The position numbers were made by a program, and so were the translations under genes. Shown here piece by piece: positions 19,037 to 27,734 of a DNA stretch of 64,000 nt. Within the stretch, counting starts at the first letter, position 1. Each line of letters opens with the position of its first letter. The notes beneath the pieces were generated by a model, which was given only the letters and a program-made list of their open reading frames with translations, was not told where the DNA came from and did not search any database. Origin of the DNA: Blastocatellia bacterium (GTDB taxonomy: Bacteria; Acidobacteriota; Blastocatellia; RBC074); contig DATEMY010000594.1 in NCBI GenBank assembly GCA_035275345.1, positions 7,084 to 71,083 of the forward strand, written 5' to 3'.

Positions 19037-19933
19037 TTATGTGGTTCGGGAAATGTTCGGCCCTGTTTGCGAATTCATCTCGGGGCCAACGTCCGATAGC
19101 GAATTCAATTCACGCAATCGACGTTTCAACCGCCGGCGTAGTTCGTCCTTCTCGCGTTTGACCGGTAAACGGTAGCGTTTACCGAGCGTGATGTCCTGCG
19201 GTTTGGGCTCGACAGTACTATCAGCGATCATTCTCACCGCCTCGATCATCAGTCGCACGCATGGATCTGTCATCTGCGCTCGATAGTCAGCGATGAACGC
19301 CTCGAAATTAAGGCCATAGGAATAATCGTAGCTGAGCGGCAGGGCTTCTTGAAGAATTATCTTGCCGGTGTCAACCGCGGGCTCGACGAAATGCACCGTG
19401 ATACCGATCTCTGACTCGTCGTTATACAACTCCCAGAAGACCGGTGGCCCGCCGCGGTAGTAAGGCGCGCGCCCCTGGTGAATATTGATCGAGCCGAGTC
19501 GCGGAATTTTGAAAACGGATTCCTTCAGGATATTAGTTCCCCAGACAACTCCCAGATCAGCGTCAGTCGAACGCATCAATTCGATGGACTCAGCTGTGTG
19601 ATAGTTCGACAAAAAATATACGGGCGCGTCTAGTCTCTCAGCGAATGCGCTCAGCGCTTTCTGGTTTTCCAGTATCTGATCGGCGGCGCCAGCCGATGTA
19701 TCATTGCGACCAGCGACCATGCGAACACCTTTCAAAGCGGTCGCAAGGTAACCTTCATAACGTATTGACCGGCGCAGTTTCTCTCGCAGTCCGGTGATTC
19801 GGCGGTTGATCTCAGTCTCTATAAACACGCCGGCAACTTCTACACCATCAAGCTTCAATAAATTATCTATCAAAGACTCAGCGTAGCCGTGCGTAAGCAC
19901 AATTACGCGCAGTTTATTATTTTCCCAGATCAT
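19037..19933 (-). CDS. Formyltransferase-fold protein (Formyl_trans_N-like; possible sugar N-formyltransferase)
   Basis: The catalytic-site-like segment is GSINIHQGRAPYYRGGPPVFWELYNDESEIGITVHFVEPAVDTGKII (N-x-H ... D pattern). The start is placed at MIWENNKLRVIVLTHG. The ORF track extends to a GTG at 19999. Confidence 0.65.
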   Translation of the reverse strand: MIWENNKLRVIVLTHGYAESLIDNLLKLDGVEVAGVFIETEINRRITGLREKLRRSIRYEGYLATALKGVRMVAGRNDTSAGAADQILENQKALSAFAERLDAPVYFLSNYHTAESIELMRSTDADLGVVWGTNILKESVFKIPRLGSINIHQGRAPYYRGGPPVFWELYNDESEIGITVHFVEPAVDTGKIILQEALPLSYDYSYGLNFEAFIADYRAQMTDPCVRLMIEAVRMIADSTVEPKPQDITLGKRYRLPVKREKDELRRRLKRRLRELNSLSDVGPEMNSQTGPNISRTT

Positions 19934-20516
19934 AGATTTTCGTTTCAGAAGAGTTCGTAATGGAAACTTCACACAAAATGGTTGAGCAAGAGCGGACACG
20001 CGAAATCATAATTTTTGTTGCGAGCCTGGCGCGCAAGAAGGTTGAATGAATTCGACAGTGTCCATCTTGCTTACTGTGATCGTTTTATCTCAAAGAGTCG
20101 CCGGCCACTTGAGTCAATTTCTATGCCGAAAAACTCAACTGTCATATCTGAGAGCTCAGTCCCATAGATAAGAGATTTTGCGTAACTATCTGACGCTGAT
20201 TAGAGCGGGGAACTGGAACGGCGGCTTCTAGTTGGGAGTATACGCCACAAAAAATGTGGCTTGTCGCCACAACCGTTTTCTGCTGATAAAACAAATCTGG
20301 CAGGATCTTCGATTCCCTGACTCAGCAAAAAACAGAGGGCTGGCGAATCACCAAGGGTAACGGTCGAGAAGAACGGAAGCGGTAAAAGCAAAAAGAATAA
20401 AGACGCAAGAAATGTCGCTCGTCATTGTTTCTTTTGCCTTTTTACTCCTCTTTTCGCCTCTTATAACTCTCGGCATACGAGAAGTTCATAATATTCCCAA
20501 ACATTCCATCAAACAT

Positions 20517-20568
20517 TTTGACGTGAGAATGACTCAATTCGGTTTGACGTGAGAATGACTCATCTCGG
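20517..20568. repeat. Tandem 26-bp direct repeat x2, each containing a TGAG-N5-CTCA mini-palindrome
   Basis: TTTGACGTGAGAATGACTCA occurs at 20517-20536 and again at 20543-20562, in each case followed by NNTCGG. The two 26-mers are 24/26 identical. They lie in a ~1.5-kb AT-rich non-coding region upstream of EPS locus 2. Confidence 0.6.
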
Positions 20569-21069
20569 TTGGTGAACCTAAGGAATAGGAGTTGCCCTGG
20601 GTTAATCGACAGTTTGCAAGAACATTCTCAAGAGGAGCAAGAGGTTTTAAGCATCTCTATGCGAGGGATATTGGTGTCCCAGTTGTTTGTATATGAAATC
20701 GGTTCTGCGTTGCGGCTCAATTTGAGTTGAAAGGGAACAAACACTACTTCATCTGATTGATCGCAGGATCATTTTTGCGCATGGAATCCTGGAACTCTGC
20801 GGTCTTTGCTCTTTTGAAATAATCCGTCGGATGACTTTTCAATCTGAAGTTAATCGCTTGATTTTGCGGACCAGTTTGAACCGAAGCTGAGTTACGCATT
20901 TCTTGTAAAGCTGTGCGAATAAACCGAATGTCATCAAATTGAGGTGGGAAAAACGACTCATAAGGCATTTCGATAGTTACGGGATGCGTCTCCAGAGTTA
21001 CTCAAAAGCTCAATTTGTGATTGGTTGTGGAAATAACCTGGTAGCCCGTAATTTTGAGGTACACCTCCG

Positions 21070-21438
21070 ATGTCACAAATATTTGTCAGAGTTGGCGACA
21101 AATTATCCATTCTTGTCTTTCTTCTCATCAGCCTTTCAGGGACAGCGTTAAGTCAATCCGGAGCGTCAGGCGCGGCAGTCGGCCGCGAAGCGCGAGCGAC
21201 GACTATTTCAAAAATCGGAGCAAAAAGCGCCGCTCACGAACCGTCCCGGGATAAAAGAATAAAGGGTTCGGTCATATTGTCTGAGGTTGAGCCCTTACTT
21301 CTGCTCTTATTCGGCCTGTCCCTGTTCACAGTGGCTACGCTCATCAAGGTGAGATTATCGCGAGTCAATCCTGCGATAAGCCAGAGCTTCGATCCATTCT
21401 TCTCGGGATCAACCGATAAGCCTGGAATGAGTTCGTGA
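21070..21438 (+). CDS. Small secreted hypothetical protein with a PEP-CTERM-like segment
   Basis: The ORF is 122 aa with an N-terminal signal-like segment LSILVFLLISLSGTALSQS. Later comes SEVEP-LLLLLFGLSLFTVATLI-KVRLSR (an acidic-Pro motif, a TM helix and a basic cluster). Coding status is uncertain. Confidence 0.35.
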   Translation: MSQIFVRVGDKLSILVFLLISLSGTALSQSGASGAAVGREARATTISKIGAKSAAHEPSRDKRIKGSVILSEVEPLLLLLFGLSLFTVATLIKVRLSRVNPAISQSFDPFFSGSTDKPGMSS

Positions 21439-21509
21439 CCTGATCCGTTAAAACTGGAACGCATTCGTAATCCGATTCTGAAGAAACAGAATTTTTTGAA
21501 GGGATAGAT

Positions 21510-23099
21510 ATGGAAAGCTTGAGACCAAGAGGCCTGGTTGAATATTTAGAAATCATCTGGAGAGGGAAGTTACTGATCTTTTTGGTGGCGGCGTCAATCT
21601 TGATTGCGGCGTTCCTGGTCATTCGCCGCATCCCGAACGTTTACGAATCTCGATCGTCGATCGTCATCTCCAAACAAGCCAATGAAGATTCAATGCTGCC
21701 TGGCGCCTCGCTCGCGGCTTTGACACAGAAGATGACCAGCCGCGGAAATCTGGCGGCGATCATCGACCGTTATGGGCTGTATCGTCATCTTCCCGGTCAG
21801 GTCTTTGACGCGGACGCCGCCGTCGAGCGCTTGCGTAAAGAGATCAAGCTGGACGTCAAGATGCGCAACTATTATCCGGACGCGCCTGAGGCCTTAACGG
21901 TCAGTTACCGATACACCGACCCGTCGATCGCTCAGCGAGTAGTGGCCGATCTGGTCTCCGTTTTCGAACAGGCGAATGACACGATGCGGCGGCAGGCCGA
22001 GATCGAACTCCACCGATTTCACGATAAGCTCTCGGAGGTCGAAAGCCAGTTGCAGTCGCTCGCCCCAAGACGCGACATTTCGTTCATTCAAGCGGGAATC
22101 TCCGCGCGCTCCAGTGGCGTCGCCTCGGAAATTCGAGCGCAGAGACTCGCCACATCCAACCTGATGGAGTCACTAAGCGACAAGGAGTTCATGCTCGAGC
22201 GGCAGTTGGACGAGCAGAAGCGGCAGATGGCCGAACAGGAGAAACTGGCCAGGTCAGCTCCGCGCGTAAATGGATTTTCGGGAGGCGGCGCCTATGGCGT
22301 CTTACTGACGCGTAGAGCCGAGGTCGAAGGGCGGATCAGCGACCTGCTCACATCCGTGACCGAGAAGAATCCCAAGCTCGTTCAGGCCCGGTCTCAATTG
22401 ACGGCGATCAATCAGGAGATCTCTCGCCTCGATGCCGGGAGTGAATCCAGCGCGGATGCGACCGCCAGCTCACTTTCTCCCGAAGGGCGTGAATTGCGCG
22501 CCATGCAGCGGGAAGCGCAGCGCATGCAGACCGAACTCGAAGTCACTAAGCGCGACCTGGGCCGCAAATCACAGACCTTGAAATCTCTGCCCGGCATCCC
22601 GTCTACCAGCGCGGGCGCCATCCCCACCGGCGCGTCCGCTGACACAAGGGCCGAGTACGACCGTGTGTTGGGGCGCTACAACTGGTTGATGGATAAACAG
22701 GAGACGATGCAGAAGCTCTTGAGGGACGACGGGAAACACGTAGCGATGTTTCAAATGATTGACGCTCCCAACCTTTCGTGGATGTCGGTCGCGCCGAACC
22801 GCATGTTCCTGCTGTTACTGGCGGCGGGAATCGCCCTTGGTATGGGATTGCTGGCCGCGGCGGCGCGAGAGTTACCGCGGTTGCGGATGATCCATAACGA
22901 GAGCGATGTAGGTTATTACCTGGGAACTCCCGTGTTGGCGCTGATCCCGGAGACATTGACGTCTTACGAACGTAGTCGCCGCCGAAGACTGGGCGGCCTG
23001 CGCTGGCTGGGTCTATTGCTGCTGGCCGCGGTTTTGATCCCGATATTCTTCGTGGCGCTCGACCGCCTTCATATTTTTCAGATTCTGGCGAATAAGTAA
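21510..23099 (+). CDS. Polysaccharide chain-length determinant (Wzz/GumC-type PCP without a kinase domain)
   Basis: The N-terminal Wzz motif and TM are LVEYLEIIWRGKLLIFLVAASILIAAFLVIRRIPNVYESRSSIVI. A long coiled coil follows. The C-terminal TM helices are MFLLLLAAGIALGMGLLAAA and WLGLLLLAAVLIPIFFVAL. Confidence 0.85.
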   Translation: MESLRPRGLVEYLEIIWRGKLLIFLVAASILIAAFLVIRRIPNVYESRSSIVISKQANEDSMLPGASLAALTQKMTSRGNLAAIIDRYGLYRHLPGQVFDADAAVERLRKEIKLDVKMRNYYPDAPEALTVSYRYTDPSIAQRVVADLVSVFEQANDTMRRQAEIELHRFHDKLSEVESQLQSLAPRRDISFIQAGISARSSGVASEIRAQRLATSNLMESLSDKEFMLERQLDEQKRQMAEQEKLARSAPRVNGFSGGGAYGVLLTRRAEVEGRISDLLTSVTEKNPKLVQARSQLTAINQEISRLDAGSESSADATASSLSPEGRELRAMQREAQRMQTELEVTKRDLGRKSQTLKSLPGIPSTSAGAIPTGASADTRAEYDRVLGRYNWLMDKQETMQKLLRDDGKHVAMFQMIDAPNLSWMSVAPNRMFLLLLAAGIALGMGLLAAAARELPRLRMIHNESDVGYYLGTPVLALIPETLTSYERSRRRRLGGLRWLGLLLLAAVLIPIFFVALDRLHIFQILANK

Positions 23100-23119
23100 T
23101 CAATGATGGAAAGGCATAG

Positions 23120-23938
23120 ATGACGATGCGACATACGAAAAATAGAACTACGAATGATCCTGTTGTGGAAATTTCCGGTCAGACATTGGCTGCAGTGGAA
23201 TCGGTCTCTGGAACGATCTCGAGGTCGGGAAGATTGTCGCAGGTGGACGGCAGGGCCATGAGCATTCACAATCCGATCCAACCCGCGAGTGTAGCGTCGA
23301 TCACGTTATCCCGGCTCGAACGGCGCCTGGTTACGTTTTACGATTTCGATCCGGAGGCGAGCGCGCCATTCCATCGTCTCGCTATCTCACTGATCTCGGC
23401 CTCGGCCACATGGAATATCCAACGCGTGTTGATCGCTTCGGCGCTCTACGGCGATGGGAGGACCAGTGTAACGCTCAACCTTGCGGCGGCGCTGTCCCGC
23501 GCGCGCCAGCGTGTCCTGGTCGTAGACAGTGACTTCGTTCGTCCGTCGGCGCTGCGGCAGCTCGGGGTGGATGCGGAGATAGGTTTGGCCGAAGCGATCA
23601 CGCAAGACCTGCCGCCAGGAGATGCAATGATGCGGGTGTTACCCGGCGGGTTCAATCTTCTGCCGACACGCGCGCCGGTAGAGAACTCCGCGGAACTTCT
23701 GGCCTCGCCGGTATTCGAGCGGATGTTGCGAATATTGGAGCCGGACTATGACTTCATCCTGTTCGATTCCGCGCCGCTGTTGGAGGTCGCCGACGCGAGC
23801 CTGCTCGAACTCTGTACGGATTCGACGCTGCTGATCATCCGCCCCGGCTGCGCTTCAACCCGGCAGATGGCCAGGGCTATCACCCTGCTCGATGAAAAAC
23901 GAATTCTTGGCGCCGTGCTCAACCGCGTCGTGACTTAA
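23120..23938 (+). CDS. BY-kinase-like / MinD-ParA-type P-loop protein with a degenerate Walker A
   Basis: The Walker A-like segment is IASALYGDGRTSVT, with Arg (AGG, 23459-23461) where the P-loop Lys is expected. Walker A' is VLVVDSDFVRPS and Walker B is DFILFDSAPLL. There is no C-terminal Tyr cluster. The true start may be internal. Confidence 0.75.
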   Translation: MTMRHTKNRTTNDPVVEISGQTLAAVESVSGTISRSGRLSQVDGRAMSIHNPIQPASVASITLSRLERRLVTFYDFDPEASAPFHRLAISLISASATWNIQRVLIASALYGDGRTSVTLNLAAALSRARQRVLVVDSDFVRPSALRQLGVDAEIGLAEAITQDLPPGDAMMRVLPGGFNLLPTRAPVENSAELLASPVFERMLRILEPDYDFILFDSAPLLEVADASLLELCTDSTLLIIRPGCASTRQMARAITLLDEKRILGAVLNRVVT

Positions 23939-23947
23939 TGGGATTTG

Positions 23948-25333
23948 ATGATGATTTCGAAATACCTCACTAAAGGGATTGGACTGGTTATTTTCGAAGG
24001 GATTCTGATTTCCATTTGTTGCGTCGTGGCGATCTATATCCGGTTCGGCTCCGAAGCTTCAGATGCTCTCGACGATCATCTCGTGTGGCTGAAGATACTG
24101 CTGGCATCGACCTTGATTCTTACTTCGTTCTACCTGTTCGACCTCTACGATTTTCGCGTGATTAGTCGTCGTCCGGTGCTGTTATTGCGGTTGGCGCAGG
24201 CGTTGGGAATCGGGGGAATCGCGCTCGCAATGCTCTTTTACGCCTGGCCGGACATGATGCTGGGCCGAAGCGTCTTCCTCATCAGCCTGTTACTGATAAT
24301 GGTCTTTATGGCGGGCTGGCGTTCACTGGCCAACTGGCTGCTCGACCATCCTCGTTTGGCGGAGCGGGTGCTCATACTGGGCGTCGAGCAGGAGGCGGTG
24401 GCGATTGCCCGCGAGGCGCTTCGCCGGCGGGAAGCCGGGTATGAAGTGGTCGGATTCATCGGTGAAGACCCCGCTCTGGTTGGGAGGAGCCTGATTAACC
24501 CTTGCGTGATCGGGACGATGTCTGATCTGGAATCGGTCGTCGACCGGCATCGAGCTGACAGGATAGTCATTGCGATGCCGGACCGCCGCGGTCGATTACC
24601 GCTCGATCTGCTGCTAAAACTGAAAGTGCGCGATGGAGTGGCGCTGGAGGAAGCTGAAGTTTTTTACGAAAGACTGACGGGCAAGATCGGTGGCGAGAGG
24701 TTGCGCCTCGGTCAATTGGTCTTCGCCGACGCCACACGCTGGGCGCTCCTCTATCGACGTTCGCGCCGGCTGATGGATGTCACACTGTCAATTATCCTGG
24801 GGCTCCTGGCCTCGCCGCTTATGTTACTGACGGCGTTGGCGATCAAACTCGATTCGCACGGTCCGATCTTCTACTGGCAGGAGCGGGTCGGACTCCACAA
24901 CACTTTATTCCGGATCGTCAAATTTCGTTCGATGCGAATAGACGCCGAAGCGAATGGACCGGTATGGGCCGGTAAGGCTGATTCACGCGTAACTCGCGTC
25001 GGGCGATGGATTCGCAAACTCCGAATCGATGAGCTGCCGCAACTGTTCAACATCATCCGGGGCGAGATGAGCTTGATCGGACCACGACCTGAGCGGCCGG
25101 TCTTCATCGAACAACTCGAGCAGCGGATCCCTTATTACTCAGAGCGCCACCTAGTCAAACCGGGACTGACTGGCTGGGCGCAAGTTCGTTACCCCTACGG
25201 CGCGTCTTTCGAAGATGCGCGGGAAAAACATCAGTACGACCTTTACTACATCAAAAATCAATCGCCGATGCTCGATCTGCTGATTCTGCTCGAAACAGCG
25301 CGCATCGTGCTCTTCGGGCGACTCTCTCGCTGA
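23948..25333 (+). CDS. Polyprenyl-phosphate sugar phosphotransferase (bacterial sugar transferase, WbaP/EpsB-like initiating enzyme)
   Basis: About 4 N-terminal TM helices are followed by a linker domain and the C-terminal signature LFRIVKFRSMRIDAEANGPVWAGKADSRVTRVGRWIRKLRIDELPQLFNIIRGEMSLIGPRPERP. Confidence 0.9.
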   Translation: MMISKYLTKGIGLVIFEGILISICCVVAIYIRFGSEASDALDDHLVWLKILLASTLILTSFYLFDLYDFRVISRRPVLLLRLAQALGIGGIALAMLFYAWPDMMLGRSVFLISLLLIMVFMAGWRSLANWLLDHPRLAERVLILGVEQEAVAIAREALRRREAGYEVVGFIGEDPALVGRSLINPCVIGTMSDLESVVDRHRADRIVIAMPDRRGRLPLDLLLKLKVRDGVALEEAEVFYERLTGKIGGERLRLGQLVFADATRWALLYRRSRRLMDVTLSIILGLLASPLMLLTALAIKLDSHGPIFYWQERVGLHNTLFRIVKFRSMRIDAEANGPVWAGKADSRVTRVGRWIRKLRIDELPQLFNIIRGEMSLIGPRPERPVFIEQLEQRIPYYSERHLVKPGLTGWAQVRYPYGASFEDAREKHQYDLYYIKNQSPMLDLLILLETARIVLFGRLSR

Positions 25334-25348
25334 AAAACGAGAGCAAAG

Positions 25349-26197
25349 ATGTCGCCGAGCGAAGATGTCGCCGGAGGAAATATGAATAGAAATAAGTTGA
25401 TGAATTATGCGGGATGCTTTGCGCTTACGGTCGCGTTGGCGTCGCTGGAATGCGCGTTAATAGGTAAATCCGCGTTCGCGCAATCATCGCCGTCCGCCGG
25501 GCGTAAGCAAGCGGATGGAAAAGAGAGTGGCGCCAAGGGCATCGATGAAAAAGATTCGGACGCCAGCGCTCATAGCCGCCAGGATTCAAGCGCTGACCGG
25601 CTTTTCAGCGGAATCTACAGCGAGTTTCACGAAACATATCGGCTCGGCCCGGCGGATGAGGTCGCGATTCGTGTGATGGGGCAACCTGATTACACGCTAG
25701 AGCGCGTCAAGGTCTCTCCGGCGGGCGCCGTCTATCATCCGCTGCTAGGCGATGTGGAAGTGGCGGGGATGACCGTTCCTCAACTGGTCGAGCGGCTGAC
25801 TAAAGATCTCAGCGAATACCTGATAAATCCGAGGGTGAGCGTGGCGTTGATCGACGCCAACAGCGCGAAGATCGGCGTACTCGGCGATGTCATGCATCCG
25901 GGCGTCGTGGTAATGAACAGGCCGATGAATCTGCTTGAAGCGATCAGCGCTTCCGGAGGATTCAACGACAGCGGCAGCAAGTCAGGCGTTACCGTGCTCA
26001 GGCAGTCGAGCGACGGCCGGTCCCAGACCATGACGGTAAACGTTAAGCGTATTCTCGAAGGAAAAGCCAAAGCTGAAGAAAACATCACGATGCGGGCCGG
26101 CGACACAGTGATCGTCCATGGCAACACGAAAAAGAAATTAGCTTACATCATGTCGCTGACTGGATTCGGGAATTTCCTTTACTTCCTTTCACGCTGA
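25349..26197 (+). CDS. Polysaccharide export protein (Wza-like, short form; Poly_export plus SLBB)
   Basis: The Poly_export signature is YRLGPADEVAIRVMGQPDYTLERVKVSPAGAVYHPLLGDVEVAGMTVPQLVERLTKDLSEYLINPRVSVALI, followed by the SLBB segment IGVLGDVMHPG. An alternative start MNRNK at 25382 is preceded by GGAGGA. Confidence 0.85.
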   Translation: MSPSEDVAGGNMNRNKLMNYAGCFALTVALASLECALIGKSAFAQSSPSAGRKQADGKESGAKGIDEKDSDASAHSRQDSSADRLFSGIYSEFHETYRLGPADEVAIRVMGQPDYTLERVKVSPAGAVYHPLLGDVEVAGMTVPQLVERLTKDLSEYLINPRVSVALIDANSAKIGVLGDVMHPGVVVMNRPMNLLEAISASGGFNDSGSKSGVTVLRQSSDGRSQTMTVNVKRILEGKAKAEENITMRAGDTVIVHGNTKKKLAYIMSLTGFGNFLYFLSR

Positions 26198-26203
26198 ATT
26201 TCA

Positions 26204-27724
26204 ATGATTTTCGGGAAGAGCGGACAAAATGAGCAAATCGGGTTTACGCGACGCGCGGCGTGGCTGATGACGGCGCATGTAATCGCCTTTGGACTCTCTT
26301 TCCTAGCGCCACTCTTGCTGGTGCGCTTGCTGAGTCAGACCGATTTCGGCGTTTACAAGCAGGTCTTTCAGGTTTTGATCACCGTGATTTCGGCGCTCAA
26401 CCTGCAAATGGCTTCTACCGCTTTTTACTTTATGCCCCGCGTCCCTGAGAAGAAATTGGAGGTAACGATCAATGTGCTGGCGTTCTACGCGGCGGCCGGG
26501 TCAATGATAGCGGCGCTTTTCGTCCTGTACCCAGAATGCGCGCTGCTCGTTTTTAAGGGCGGGGAACTCGTGGCTTATATGCCGTTGCTCGGCGTCACGA
26601 TACTGCTCTGGATGGTCTCATCGAACCTCGAGGTCATCCCCCTGGCGCTGGGTGACGTCCGAAGCTCATCGGTCTTCATAGTGATCTCACAGCTGATGAA
26701 AACATTCTTGATGGTCAGCGCCGCGCTCAGCTTCCAGAGCGTCAGGGCCATCATCTGGGCAGCGGTGATTCAGGGAATTTTGCAGATCCTGTTTATGTTC
26801 GCCTACATCTGGCGACGATTCGGATCGCTGTGGGGAGCGTTCGACTGGCCGCTTTTTAAGGCGCAGGTCGCCAACGCCTTGCCGTTCGGAATCGGCAGTT
26901 TTACCCAAACCGCGCAAGCCGACTTGCATAACTTCGTAGTCTCGCGCTTCTTCGCGCCCGCCTCATTCGCTGTTTACTCCGTTGGTCTTTTTCAGCTGCC
27001 GCTGCTGGGACTGTTGACCACTTCATTCGGCAGCGCGTTGATTCCCGAAGTCTCGCAACTCGCGGCGGTGGGCGATCGACGGGGAATTATTCCAGTGTGG
27101 TTTAACGCTGTGCGAAAACTGGCGCTGGTGATTATTCCGGCATGCGCGCTGATGTTCGTGCTTCGATACGAGATCATACTCCTGTTGTTTACGAGCGCTT
27201 ACGAAGCGGCGGTCCCGCTATTTGCGATCTATTTATTCAGCGCGCTGCTTCCGATGGCTTTGACCGGATCGCCGATCCGCGCGCATCAAGAATTCAAATT
27301 CTTCCATCTCAAACTCTATCTGGCTCTGTTGCCGGTGACCTTCGGCGCGCTTTACGTGGGCATTAAGACGGCCGGACTGCTCGGCGCGGTGGTGGCGCTT
27401 GTCGCGACCCAAACATTGGAGACGGCGATCGCGGTGACTGCCGTCGGACGACGACTGGGTTTTGTCGCGAGCGATCTGCGACATCTGGCGCCTGCGCTGA
27501 AATCGGTTCTGGCGGCGGGGGCTGCATCTCTCGCTGCTTTCGCAACAAAACTCCCGCTCGCGCAGACTCACGCTTTGATCAAGATAGTCGTCTGCGGCGC
27601 GGTGTTCGGTCTGATTTATGTATTCGCCGCTTATTCGCTGGGCGCCGTGACCTGCGCGGAGAAAGCGGAATTTCGCGCGACGCTGTCACGCCTGATACTT
27701 CTGGCGGCCGCGCGCGGTAACTGA
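26204..27724 (+). CDS. Wzx/MOP-family oligosaccharide flippase
   Basis: The 506-aa ORF has about 12-14 TM helices with the flippase-like layout (AAWLMTAHVIAFGLSFLAPLLLVRLLSQTDFGVYKQVFQ). It sits in an operon. Confidence 0.8.
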   Translation: MIFGKSGQNEQIGFTRRAAWLMTAHVIAFGLSFLAPLLLVRLLSQTDFGVYKQVFQVLITVISALNLQMASTAFYFMPRVPEKKLEVTINVLAFYAAAGSMIAALFVLYPECALLVFKGGELVAYMPLLGVTILLWMVSSNLEVIPLALGDVRSSSVFIVISQLMKTFLMVSAALSFQSVRAIIWAAVIQGILQILFMFAYIWRRFGSLWGAFDWPLFKAQVANALPFGIGSFTQTAQADLHNFVVSRFFAPASFAVYSVGLFQLPLLGLLTTSFGSALIPEVSQLAAVGDRRGIIPVWFNAVRKLALVIIPACALMFVLRYEIILLLFTSAYEAAVPLFAIYLFSALLPMALTGSPIRAHQEFKFFHLKLYLALLPVTFGALYVGIKTAGLLGAVVALVATQTLETAIAVTAVGRRLGFVASDLRHLAPALKSVLAAGAASLAAFATKLPLAQTHALIKIVVCGAVFGLIYVFAAYSLGAVTCAEKAEFRATLSRLILLAAARGN

Positions 27725-27734
27725 CGCAAACGTA

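Noticed and set aside
20744-20968. A 74-aa minus-strand ORF in the AT-rich gap, plus the neighbouring 63-70-aa ORFs at 20200-20391 and 20939-21151.
   Set aside because: There is no Shine-Dalgarno sequence, no recognisable motif, and the candidates overlap one another. They are left unannotated, although a small protein cannot be excluded.
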